This document shows, piece by piece, positions 26,061-38,500 of a stretch of 64,000 bases of DNA; position 1 is the stretch's first letter, and each line of letters starts with the position of its first letter. Under the pieces are notes generated by a model, which was given only the letters and a program-made list of their open reading frames with translations, searched no databases and was not told where the DNA came from. The translations under genes and the position numbers were made by a program. This DNA is from Azolla caroliniana (lineage: Eukaryota > Plantae > Polypodiophyta). The stretch spans positions 11,036,001-11,100,000 of the forward strand of contig JBHGNT010000016.1 in the NCBI GenBank assembly GCA_043228905.1, written 5' to 3'.

Positions 26061-29000
26061 TTACCAGTCCGATCCTCTTCCGGCATGCACTTTGGTCAGC
26101 ATATCTGACCCATTCTCGGCCGTGTGGATCTTCGTCAGTGCGAACTCTTGGTCATCTACTCTTTCCCGGATCCAGTGATACCTCCGCTGGATATGCTTCG
26201 TCCGGGAATGGTAAGCCGCATTCTTAGCAATGTGGATGACGCTTTGACTGTCATAGTAGAGTCGGTATTCCTCTTGCCGGATACCGAGCTCTCCGATGAA
26301 GTCCTTCATCCATAATATTTCCTTGCCAGCTTCCACAGCCGCCATGTACTCCGCCCGCCTCTGTGGTTGACAATGCAACCGTCTTCTGCAACCTCAACTG
26401 CCACGAAACAGCTCCCCCTGCATATGTCATCACATACTCGGATGTAGACCGGCTGGTATCCACATCAACCGACATGTCCAAATCGGTGAAACCATCTAGT
26501 TGAGGTTTTCCGGAGCCGAATCGGAGACACATATTTGAAGTGCCCTTCAAATACCAGAGTATCCATTTGACCGCGTTCCAGCGCTCCTTGTCGGGATTAC
26601 TCATGAACCGGCTCACCACTCCGACTGCGTATCCTATATCCGGTCGGGTACACACCATAGCGTACATCAAGCTCCCGACGGCAGAGGCATATAGAATCTT
26701 CATCATATCTGCCTTCTCTGCTTTCGTCTTCGGGCTTTGCTTACCGGATAGCCTGCAGTTTGCCGGAAGTGTCGATCCGACCGGTTTCGCTTCTGACATG
26801 TTGAACTAGTGAAGGACCTTTGTGACGTACTTCTCCTGTGACAACCATAATTGCTTCTTTTACCGGTTCTGGATGATGAGCATCCCCAACATCTGTCTTG
26901 CCAGACCCAAGTCTTTCATTGAGAAGGTCCGGTTGAGAGCCTTCTTCAGCATCCGTATTTTGACTTGGTCACGTCCAACGATCAACATGTCATCCACGTA
27001 CAGAAGGAGTATCAGGAAATCGCCTCCTTCAAACTTCTTCACAAACACGCAGTGATCGGCCTGCGTCTTGTGGTACCCTTGATCGGTCATGAAGGAATCG
27101 AACTTCCGGTACCATTGCCGGGGGGGCTGCTTCAACCCGTAGAGGCTCTTCTTCAACCGGCATACCAGGTGCTCCTTCCCTTTCTCCACAAATCCCTCCG
27201 GTTGCTGCATGTAGATCTCCTCTTCGAGGTCACCGTGAAGGAATGCCGTCTTCACGTCCAGCTACTCTACCTCAAGGTCCATGCTTGCCGCTATACTCAG
27301 CACCGTCCGGATGGAGGTCATCTTTACAACCAGGGAAAATATCTCATCGAAGTCCACGCCCTTTTTTGCTGGAACCCCTTCACCACGATCCTGGCTTTGT
27401 ATCTCGGGGGGTTACCGGCATCTCCCGGTTTCAACTTGTACACCCACTTATTTCGGAGTGCCCGCTTTCCTTTTGGCAACTCCATCAATTCGTATGTATG
27501 GTTCTCATGCAGGGAATCCATCTCATCCTGCATGGCAGTTAACCATTTTCGGCTGTGGGTGTCCTCCTTTACTTCTTCGAAGCTTTCCGGCTCCCCCTCA
27601 TCGGTCAGCAAAACATGCTCTGCATCCGAAAATCTCCGGGGGACCCTTCTCTCTCTGAGAGGATATCTCCGTCTTCGGGCTTCGGTAACCGGCTCCTCCA
27701 TTTGCTCTTCATCCGAATCCGATTCGGGGTCTTGGCCGGTTCCGGTCTCTGCTTCCTCTACTTCTTCTTCAGCCAGTTCGGTATCCTCACCGTAACCGGC
27801 TGGTTCCTCGAGTGCTAACTGGTCTCTTGCCGATTGGGTCTGCTCATCGTAGAGTCTATCCTTACCGATCGACTCGGAGTTCATTATCTTCTTCTCCGAC
27901 TCCCAGTCTGCGAGCGTCTTGTCCTCCATGAAGATAATATCTCAACTCCAGAGAACCTTCTTGTCGACCGGGTCCCACACTCGGTAGCTGAACTCATCGT
28001 CACCGTAACCGAGGAATATGCATGGCCGGGTCTTTGGATCTAGCTTTCCTCTCCGGTCCTTAGCTACATGCACGTACGCGAGACACCCGAACACCTTCAG
28101 ATGCCGGTAGGATACTTCCTTACCGGTCCATACTCTCTGTGGCGTGTTTCTGTCCAAGGGTACTGAGGGTGATCTGTTTATCACATATGTCGCCGTCGAC
28201 AGTGCCTCAGCCCAAAACTTCTTGGGTAGTTTTGCATGCGCTAGTGTACTCCAGACCCTCTCCATTATGGTCCGGTTCATCCTCTTGGCCAGTCCGTTTA
28301 GTTCCGGTGTCTTCGGCACGGTAAATTCGAGCCGGATTCCCTTCGAGCGGCAGTACTCCTCGAACTGCCCCCGGTATTCTCCTCCGTTATCTGCTCGAAC
28401 CGCCTTCAGCTTCCGGCCGGTTTCTCTTTCCACTCTCGCGTGGAGCTCTTTGAAGACGGATAACACCTGATCCTTCGTCTTCAACGGTGTGGTCCACAGC
28501 TTCCGGCTGTAGTCATCTATGAACGTCACGAAGTATTGCGCTCCGGCATGTGAGTTCGTGTCTACCTGACACACATCCGTATACACCAACTCCAGTGGTG
28601 CATTACGTCTCATCGGTGGCCTTGGTCAAAAGGAGGTCCGGTTCTGCTTACCGGCCAGACAATCAGTGCACTTCTGTAAGTGCACGTTCTTCACTGGAAT
28701 GAGGTTGCCGTCTGCAAGCCTCTTCATCCCCTTCTCGCTCATATGACACAGCCTCTTGTGCCATAGCTCACCGGCAGTGTCGGATGCCACGTTCACTTCT
28801 TCCGGACATAACCGAGCATTCATCAGGTACAACATGTTGACCTTCCGGGCCCGAGCCACAATCAGGCTCCCTTTGCTGAACTTCATGACCCCGTTCCGGA
28901 TGCTACCCATGTAGCCTTCATCATCTAGCCGACCGGCTGATATCAGGTTTAGACGAACCTCCGGAACGTGTCGGACATCCTTCAGCAGCAACTTGCATCC

Positions 29001-30068
29001 GGTTGGTGTTGACAACCACACGTCTCCTATGCCGACAATTTGGCATGTACCTTCATTCCCCATCTGGACACAGCCATGGTCACCGGCTGAGTAGGATGAG
29101 AAGCATTTCCGGTCCGGGGTAAGGTGGAACAACGCTCCGGAGTCTACCACCCAGGTCATCTCGTCTCCGGCAAGGTTTATCTCACTCTCCTCGGTGATGA
29201 GCATCAACTCTTCTTCACTTGCCGCGATTGCCGTCGTTCCCTTCCGGTCCGGCCCCCTCCGGTCTTTACCGTTCCAGTCCGGGGTCCGCTTCGAGTCGGC
29301 ACCGTCGGTTTCCTTGTCTTTACGGAAGTGCCGACGGTTCTTCTGGAAGTGTCCCGGCTTGCCGCAATAGAAGCAAGTAGGCCTCCCCCTTGACTTTGAC
29401 CGTGTCCCCGACTTCTCCCGGTTCTGGAGACTACGGTTTCTATGTCTTCCGCGTTCCGATTCGGTAATGAGCGCTTTGGAGTCGGAGCTCGTATCCTTAT
29501 CTTTCCGATGCGCCTCCTCATCTAGCAAGCTCGACTTTACTCTTGCTAGGGATAACCGCTTTCCTTCCGGCCCGGCGTTGCCCAAAGTGACAACCAACGT
29601 CTCCTAGCTATCCGGGAGGGAACCGAGCAGGAGTAGCGCTAGTAACTCATCGGCGAGAGGTACTTCCAATGAAGTTGCATGGTGGATCAGCCCCTGGAAG
29701 GCATTCATGTGCTCCGCCATGCTGGAGCCATCTTGGTACCAGAGTCTTACTAGCTTCCGGAATACCGACACCTGATTGACAGCATTTTTGTTCTGAAACA
29801 TTATGCCGATCTTCTCCCAGAGCTCATGAGCCTTGCTCTCTTCATTGAAGTTGTTGTATAGGCTCATGTCGATGAAGCACCGTATGTACGCCGTTGTCTT
29901 CATGTGCATCACCTCCCATATTGTGGCATCGATCTTGTCCGGTCTCTAGTCCCCGAACTGAACCGGTAGCCAAAGATCTTTAACCACGAGCATGTCTCTC
30001 ATCTTCGCCTTCCACACTGAATAGTTGGAGCCGGTGAGCTTGAACATGTCGCCAAACGATTCGTCCAT
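26061..30068 (-). pseudogene. Copia E gag-pol polyprotein (disrupted)
   Basis: CFYCGKPGHFQKN; WVVDSGA; LWHKRLCH; LELVYTDV...FIDDYSR...RADNGGEY; LLLYVDDML; RTKHIQRRYHWIRE. Confidence 0.92.
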
Positions 30069-30571
30069 TTTCTGTGTCGTTTCGCTCTGATACCACTTGA
30101 AGGGAACTCAACGTTCCTTATGCGCTACGCTCGGCCACAACCGAGCTTAGAATGATACACAGAAAACGGGAAATAGAACACGACACAAAAAAGAGGAAGA
30201 TACACTGGAGGTTTACATGGAAAACCCCAAACTAGGGGAAAAACCACGGCAGCCCACAGGCTGCAAACTGTCACTATGTAAGAATGTATAATAGTGAGTT
30301 CACTGAGGCAACGACCTCGTGCTCACAGATCTTCGCCATAAGCGGTGGTTACAACAGAGGCAATGACCTCTTTCTCTCTCTCTCTCTCTCTCTCTCTGTA
30401 CACAGTTCCGCGCTCTCTCTATATTCTTGCACCAACAAGAATGACAACCACAACTAAAAGTTTGCCCTAAGTCATATTTATACTAATATGACTTTTCGGC
30501 TATTTACAAATATAGCCTCGATGAACTCTCAGAAAGCATATTTACGAATATGTCTCTTCATCCGGTTCATA

Positions 30572-30821
30572 CCGGGTCTGCACCATCCGGCTCTCCGTAG
30601 CCGGGTACTCCTCATCCATTCTTTACCGGGTCTGCACCATTCGGCTCTCCGTAGCCGGGTACTCCTCATCCGGTCTTCACTGGGTCTGTATCATCCGGCT
30701 CTCCGTAGCCGGGTACTCCTCATCCGGTCTTCACCGGGTCTGTATCATTCGGCTCTCCGTAGCCGGGTACTCCTCATTCGGTCTTCACCGGGTCTGTATC
30801 ATCCGGCTCTCCGTAGCCGGG
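30572..30821. repeat. 54-bp tandem repeat x4 plus a partial unit in the 5' LTR of E
   Basis: Same unit as at 25733; a fifth, truncated unit starts at about 30788. Confidence 0.9.
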
Positions 30822-32582
30822 GATAGGCCTCGGCCGAGTTTGTTCACCGGCACTGTTCTTCTCCTTTCCTATCCGGAGGGACCTGTCTCCCAACATAGTG
30901 CAACCGCTACCAATTTCCTTGTTCGGTCCATCCGGATCCGGATCCGGATCCGGATCCGCTTTTCTCCGAATCGGCACGATTCTTCCAGCACTCGCTCTCC
31001 TTGTGACCTTTCTTGCCACAATACCGGCATTCCGCGATGTGTTTCCCTTGTCGGGTCTCGTCGCGTCCTCGACTCCCGCTACTTCTGAAGGGTCCGTAAT
31101 TGCTCTCGGCATCACCACGATGCCTTCTTCCTTGCTCTCGTCGGCCGCCTCCATTGCGCGCCGACTCGCCTCATCCGCCATGACCATGAGGCCTATCTCC
31201 ATCCGTGTACAACATCTTGTTGTCGATATGCGTACTTGTCGACGCACCTGCGTGATTCTCCTCTACAAGGAGCATCAACTGCAAGTCGAAAAACGACGAC
31301 GTATTCTCCCTTGTACAAACAGTAGTTCGGAATGCTCCGAACCTTGACGCCAATCCTCCGAGGTAGATCTGCACCATTTCGCCCTCCTCAATGTTCACAT
31401 CGATGGAGGCAAGGGAGTCGTAGATATCCTTTATCTTGGAGGTGTAGTCAGCCACCATCATGTCGCGTTGACGCACATTACTCAACTCCGGTCGGAGTTG
31501 GAGCTTCTTGGCTGTGGTTCTTGTGGTGAAAATCTTTTTCAGATTTTCCCAAGAATCCTTCGGCATTCTTGCATCCCGAATGTAGCTCAAGAGTTGTTCG
31601 CTCACACAAGATGCGAAGTAGTAGAGAAATCTGCTCACCGACTGTTCCCAAGCCGGGAAGTCTCTGTGTGTCGATTCGGGTGCTGCATCATTCGTTCCAT
31701 CGACATAGGTCCAGTATCCATGTTCGAGCAGGTACTGGTGCATCTTGTATGATCAAGATGCGTAGTTACTTCTATCGAGCTTCTTAGTTGGAAGCGAACT
31801 AGACATACCTCTATCCATTTTTTCCTTTCTATTCTTCACCTAGATTAGGTTTTTTTAATGTTTCGAGCTAAAGTCGGTTGCAGAGGTTCTCAACCCTCAC
31901 ACTCTGATACCATGTGAAATGTTACATGTGGAAGTTATATGAAACACATAATACCAACCGCAAAAACAGGTTAAATGGAGAGCTTAGGACAAGATGTACG
32001 CAGGAGAGACAGAGAGGGAACTTAACACACAGAAAACTAGATTGAAAATAATGTGTAAACTCTGTACATAGGATGTGCTCAGAGAGCACTTTTATACAAA
32101 GTCCATACGGACTCATAGAAGTACTGACACGTACCTCAATGCTCATAACTGAGCTCCTACACTAACTCCCAAATATATTCCCTCGTGGAATATCTGTTCA
32201 ACGGCCTCCCAAATTTGCGCACCGATCCGGCCTCTTGTTGCACACCGGTTTGCACACCGGTTTACGCACCGATCCAACCAATGTTGAGCTTGTATCTCAA
32301 CAATCTTTATGGAGCATGTCCCAACATTCAAGTCACAATCAGGGATGTAGAGATCTATGAACACTTTTCTGTGCAAGATTCGGCTTCCTATTCGGTGATT
32401 CTTGGGCAACCCTACATAACATCATCAAGGATGGAGACTAAGGTGTTTGATAGTGGAGCAACATTCGCTTGGGTGAAGAGTCTTGATGGTCAATAGTCGG
32501 TTCAATTCTTGATAGTGCGAGCTAATCATGAGAGGAACCGAGATAGGAACCGAGATAGCCTTAGAGATGAGGCCTCAGATTT

Positions 32583-35500
32583 TTAACACGGACTATTGAA
32601 GAATGGGGCAAAGATAGTCCGAGAAAAAGTAAGTCCCCGAAAAGAAGAAAGAAGCAAGAAAGAGAACTATATTTAGCACCTAATGGTGCGTGTGGGATGA
32701 CTACACTCAATGAGAGAGAAGCACGCCAAGTTCAAAACTTTGAACATTGGCTAAAAAAACAAGGAAAATTAGAAGAAGAAGACAATATATCATGGGTCAT
32801 GGAGGAAGCCTCATTTAACGATACAATTGGAGAAATAGAGAGTATCGTGGACTTGAGCCCTCATGAGCAACATACGATTCAAGTCAACTCCATCAACATG
32901 TATACCGCCATCGATGAATGCCGATGAGGGGTCATGGAGGAGTTGGTCACAGTAAACACAAAATATAAATTAGTAGATAAGAAGGTCAAGCCGGTAGCTA
33001 TTCCATTACCAGAGGATAGTTGGCAAAGGATGAAAGAGGTTACCAAGGATCCAAATCTCAAACACCCAAAAGGGATAGGTCATACCTTCTCAGATGAATC
33101 AAGAGGGAAACTCCAAGTTGGGAAGGATGACTTCCTTCTCCCCAAAGAAGAAGAAAGGTTTCGGATGATGCTTGAGAGACATGGGAAAGCCTTCGCCTTC
33201 TCTCCACAAGAAATCAGATGTGCTGACCCGAAGATGATAGAGCCGATGGTGATATTTACGGTGCCGCATGTACCTTGGAACTCAAGCCAATACCAGTTCC
33301 AAGAGCTCACATTCTGAAGTCGATTAAGCTTCTAAAGGAAAAGGTTAGGATGGGAATTCTTGAGCCGTCCAATGCTCCCTACTCCAATAGATGGTTTACG
33401 GTGCCGAAGAAGAATGGGTCCAAGCGTGCATGAATTTGCCGAAGCCTTCGTGGGAAGATCAATCTATTCCATTGGTGATCTCTACTCGGGCTATGATCAA
33501 TTTCAATTGTCAGTCGATAGTAGAGACATTACAACAATGAGGACACCGATCAAGTTGGTAAGGATGTGCATCTTACCCCAAAGTGCGACAAACTCTGTAG
33601 GCCACATGGTGAATGCGATGAACAAAGTGTTAAAGGATTGTATTCTTGATATCACAATGCCCTTCTTAGATGATATTCCGATCAAAGGATGCTTGGTGGA
33701 AGAAAAAGATGAATCAAAAGATGAAGATTGTTGCCAAAGATTCTTCATCAACGATATAAAGGATAGGGAGAAGGTGTTGCAAAAACTTGAGGATGCAAAT
33801 CTCATGTTTTCGGGAGAGAAGTCCACATTCAGTCAACCAGAAATATTGGTAGTAGGACACTTGTGGGGATCTTATGGCCGGAAGCCATCTCCATCCAAGG
33901 TGAATGCTATCCAAGAGATGAAAGAGGAGTGTGAGTCCCAAACAAAGGTGAGAAGATTCTTGGGAGCATGTGTGTTCTACCACATATGGATTCCACACTA
34001 TGCCCATGTCGATGAACCATTGTATGGACTACTAAAGAAAAGGAAGACATTTGAATGGGAAGACGAGCATACCTACGTGGTTCAAAAGTTGAAGAAACTA
34101 TTACTCTAAGCTCCAGCATTGCCCAAAGCCGACTACACCGAAGGTACCCCAATATATGTGACAGTGGATACAAGCCTAACCGGAATTGGATGGGTGATTA
34201 ACCAAGAAGACAAAGACAAAAATCAGTATGCAATCCGATTTGGTTCAAAGGTGTTGACCGAAAGACAAAGAAAGTACACCCAAGTAAAGAGAGAGCTATG
34301 GGGGATAATATCCACGGTTAAAATTGATCACGACTACCTTATTGGAACGGAAGTCATAATCGAAACCGATTGTCTACCTATTCTCGGAATGATATTCTGT
34401 TGTGCTACGCCGGATATTGCTATGCTACGATGGAGTGCCTATATCAAGTCACTCAACCCCGAGATTCGACATATAACTGGGAAACATAATGTGGTGGCCG
34501 ATATGTTGTCAAGGGCAAGGTACGAGGGTGAAGAAGATCCACGCTCCAATGAAGAGGATGTTGGCCTAAACTTCTTTACGGTTTCTTGTGCTCAAGTGCT
34601 AGAGGTGTTTAAAGTAGAAGATTATGCGGGTGAAGTCATCGAAATTGGCAAGTACTTAAGCTCTCTTACAAATGATGAATCATGGTCAAAGAAAGACTTC
34701 TACTGAATTAGGAAGAAGGCCTACAAGTTCTTCCTCAAAGAAGGACATCTATGGAAGTTTCCAAAGAGGAAGAATGGAACTCCACTTTGAGTGGTGTGCA
34801 AGAAACAAGATCAACAAACACTAATTGCTAAATTTCATGATAGTGTGTGGGTAGGTTGTAAAGAATAGCATGCGGAAGCAAGTAGAAAACCGAAGACAGA
34901 AAAATACGCAGGTTTAATGGAGAGCTTGAATATACACAGTACGCGGGAGAGATAGAGAGAGAGAACACCCTGAAAAAACAGTTCAAAATAATACTCAATC
35001 TATACATCGTATGTGTTCAGTGAACACTTTTATACAAGTCCATATGGACTGACAAAAGTTTGGTGTACTTCAATGCTCACACAAGCGTCTGACACTAACT
35101 ATGAGACATTAACTACCTAGTAGTCTAGGCTGCTACTAGGCTTCCGGTTACTGATGGATCCGGCTAACTGGCTCCCCAGCTCACTGGCTCACCAATCCGG
35201 CTCAGGCTTATTCAGCCGATCCAGATCTGACTAAGCTTGCCACTCAACATTCCCCCTCAAGCTCAACTTGAGATCGGATCGTAGTGTCAGTGTCCATGGC
35301 AGCCGGTCCTTCCACCAAGCTCCTTCTGGCGTCACTCCACCTTGGTCGCGCTCCTCGTCCAGTCCGGTCTCGTTTGCTGCGACCCCTATGGTTCTGCGCA
35401 CCTAGACCTCCTCGGCGGGCTTGTATGCTCAACAGGCCCAATTCAGCTCCCTCGCTGCTGTGACTCCTGTGCTTGTCGATTCGCCGATTCCTTCGTGTTG

Positions 35501-38500
35501 GCGTCGACTTTCGTTGCCTTCTCGTCATCTTGACCTTGAATTGATCCGGTTCTTCCGAATCCGTCTATTGAACCGAATCGGCTGTCTCCGATTAGTTCCA
35601 GCTCTTGTCCGAATTGTCTCTCCCTTTGTCGAATCTTCCCTCACCGGCGTAATCGGCAGTTTCTTTGCCTTTACCCGTTCCGGTGTCTTTGTCCGTTCTC
35701 CCCCTCAAGTGTGGCACGTCGAGATGCTGAACACCAAGCATTTCAGTCAAGTGCTACAACTTGTCCGATACGAGCAGTTTGGTGAAGATGTTGGAAACTT
35801 GCCGATCCGTATGAACATACTGAAGTTCGACTTCACCGCTCAGGACACGCTCATGTACGAAGTGGTAGTGCACTTCTATGTGCTTTGTGCGAGCATGGAA
35901 TACAGGGTTTTTGGCAAGCTGCATGCTGCTTATGTTGTCGTAGTAGATCAGGATCGGGGTCAATACCTCAATCTGCAGGTCTTGCAGTAGTCACCGAAAC
36001 CAAATGGCTTCACAGGTGGCAACGGTAGCACCCCGATATTTAGTCTTAGTGCTCGAAAGGGCCACTGTTGGCGGCTTTTTGCTTCTCCACGCAACAACCG
36101 CGCTACCAAGGGAAAACATATAGCCGGAGGTGGATCAACGATCCGATGTATCACCGGCCCAGTCGGCATCGGTGTAGCCGACTAGCTCTTTGGTTATACC
36201 ATGCCGATATAATAGTCCTCGTTCCTTCGTGCCGCTCACATATCGCAAAATTCGATGCGCGCACAGAAGGTGCTCCACGGACGGCTTCTGCATATATTAG
36301 CTAATCACGTTGACCGGATAACTGGTGTTGGGTCAGGTGATTGTCAAATATATAAGGCTTCCGACGATTTGTCGGAACCGCTTCTCATCGCAAGCTGGTC
36401 CGGAGTCGGGATGGAGCTTCTGGTTCCGGTCCAGGGGTGTGGACATTGAGCGGCATTCTGTCATGCTGAACTTGTACAACATATTCAACACATAGTGTCT
36501 TTGTGAGAGAAATATGCCATTGCGGGTTCGGATCACCTTGATCCCAAGGAAATAGTGAAGGTCCCTCAGGTCCTTCATCTCAAATGCGTCCGACAGTTGG
36601 GACTTGACTCGGCTGATTTCATTGAGTCCGGGTCCGATGATGACTAGATCATCAACATACAGCAAGATGCAAACTGGACCATTCAAACCTTGCCGGAGGA
36701 ACAATGAAGAGTCAGACTTGGAGGCCGCAAACCCCATCTTACGCAACCGGTGCGTGATCTTTGCATTCCAAGCTTCGGGAGCTTGCTTCAGGCCATAAAG
36801 TGACTTCTTCAGTCGGCATACCGCCGACTTGTTCATCTCCGGCTGGAAACCAGGGGATTGGGTCATAAAGACCTCTTCTTGAAGATCTTCTTGAAGAAAT
36901 GCATTCTTCAGGTCCATCCGGTGAAGATGTCATCCCCTTGCTGCAGCAACCACCAGCACCACACGAACCGTCGTCATCTTCGCGACCGGAGCGAAGGTCT
37001 CATCATAGTCGATCCCGTGGGTCTGTGCGTATCCCTTCGCCACTAACCGGGCCTTGTACCAGTTAACCGAACCGTCGGCATTGTACCTTACCTTGTACAC
37101 CCACTTACATCCGATCAGTTTACAATGTCGGGGAGGGTTAACTAGGTCCCATGTGTCGTTGGCATCAAGTGTTCGCATTTCTTCCTCCATAGCAGCACAC
37201 CAATTTGCGTCCTTTGCCACTTCTGCGTAGCTCTCCAGCTCACGCACTTCCGCCACCTTGGTCATGTAAGCATAGTGATGTGCCATGTACTCATTGTACC
37301 CGTACTGCGTGACGGGGCTCTTCAGGCGGGAAGACCGGTGTAACTTGGTAGTACCTAGTTTGGGGCCCTTCTTGGCCAAGTCAAACTTCGTTCCCGAAGA
37401 TCCACCTTCATCCTTTCCCTCAGATTCGGACTCATGTCGATTGGACTCGTTCCTATCCGTGTCGTAATCCGACACCTTCTTCTTCCCTTTTTCCTTGCGC
37501 GGGGAGAGCATGGCAGAGTCTCCACTACTCGCCGATTTGTCATTCGATTGGTCATCTCGACTTAGCCACTCGTTCGTCCCACTCAACCGAAACAATTCCG
37601 AACTCAGACCTAGAGTCTCGAACCCTTCGTCTTCTAACTGGACTGGTTCAGGCTCACTAGCCTCATCCTCTGGTATCGGGTCAGGGTCGGAAGTTGGAGC
37701 TGGTTAGGCATACCATGATGCCGTCTCATCAAACTCAACATCCCGGCTAACTCAGACCTGCTTCGTCCGGAGGTTATAACACTTATACCCCTTTTGCTCA
37801 TGCAAGTAACTGACCAGGATGCACTTCTCCGACTTTGCATCCAACATCCTCCGCTTCTCATCCGGCACATGCACATATGCAATGCTACCGAATATCCGAA
37901 GGTGTCTCAAATTTGGCTTGCGCCCGAAATACAGCTCATGCGCGGACACCTTGTCACCGATCCAGTTTTGGATATAGACGGTTGTCCGGACCGCATCGGC
38001 CCAGCAGAAATGGGGCATGCTCTTCTCCTCTAGCATTGCCCTTTGCCGTGTCGACAATTGACCGGTTCTTCCTTTCGGCCACACCGTTTTGCTCCGGTGT
38101 GTATCTACAGTTGAACTCTCTCTGAATTCCTTTTTGCTGCAGATAATTGTTAAATTGGCCAGAAAAATATTCTTTTCCACCATCCGACCACAGGCACTTG
38201 ATCTTCCTCTCTGTTTCCCATTCAACCAGTCTTTGGCGGTTCCGAAAACACTTGAAGACTTCGCTCTTCCGCTCAATGAGGTAGATCCACGTGTGCCGGC
38301 TGCAATCGTCGGTGAAGGAGACGAAATACCGACTCCCGCCAAGACTAACGTTTTGTGTCGGTCCCTATACATCCAAATGAGTAAGGTCGAGCTTGTTACG
38401 TCTACGGTTTCGTCGGTAGGGAATGGAAGCCGGTGTTGCTTCCCGAGTTGGCAGGCCTCACAAACTTCGGTCTTCCGGCCGCTAAATTTCAGCAAACCGA

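Larger units (their letters stand above)
25259..30895 (-). mobile_element. Full-length Tnt1/Tork-like Copia element E, inserted in D
   Basis: LTRs 25259-26030 and 30098-30895; perfect TSD TAGTG; PBS gctctgatacca 30084-30095; PPT 26031-26042. Confidence 0.95.
21033..32302 (-). mobile_element. Copia element D, inserted in the B protease and itself split by E
   Basis: LTRs 21033-21408 and 31913-32302; perfect TSD ATCTT; PBS 31901-31912; PPT from 21409; gag, PR (WYVDSGASNHMT), integrase, RT and RNase H fragments. Confidence 0.93.
19143..32586 (+). pseudogene. Gypsy B ORF1, gag plus protease (19143-21032 and 32303-32586; split by D)
   Basis: ATG at 19143; degenerate knuckle CVWCDSVDYARKDC; protease-like ALINHGSEINLM and VILGQPYI; ends ...ASDF*. 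Confidence 0.8.

Noticed and set aside
25649-26227. 192-aa ORF with 18-aa repeats (also 30488-30826)
   Set aside because: Translation of the 54-bp LTR repeat; the two LTR copies end differently and no domain is recognisable.
26965-27795. Long plus-strand ORFs opposite Copia pol (also 13422-13952 and 38816-39505)
   Set aside because: Antisense shadows of GC-rich pol coding sequence.
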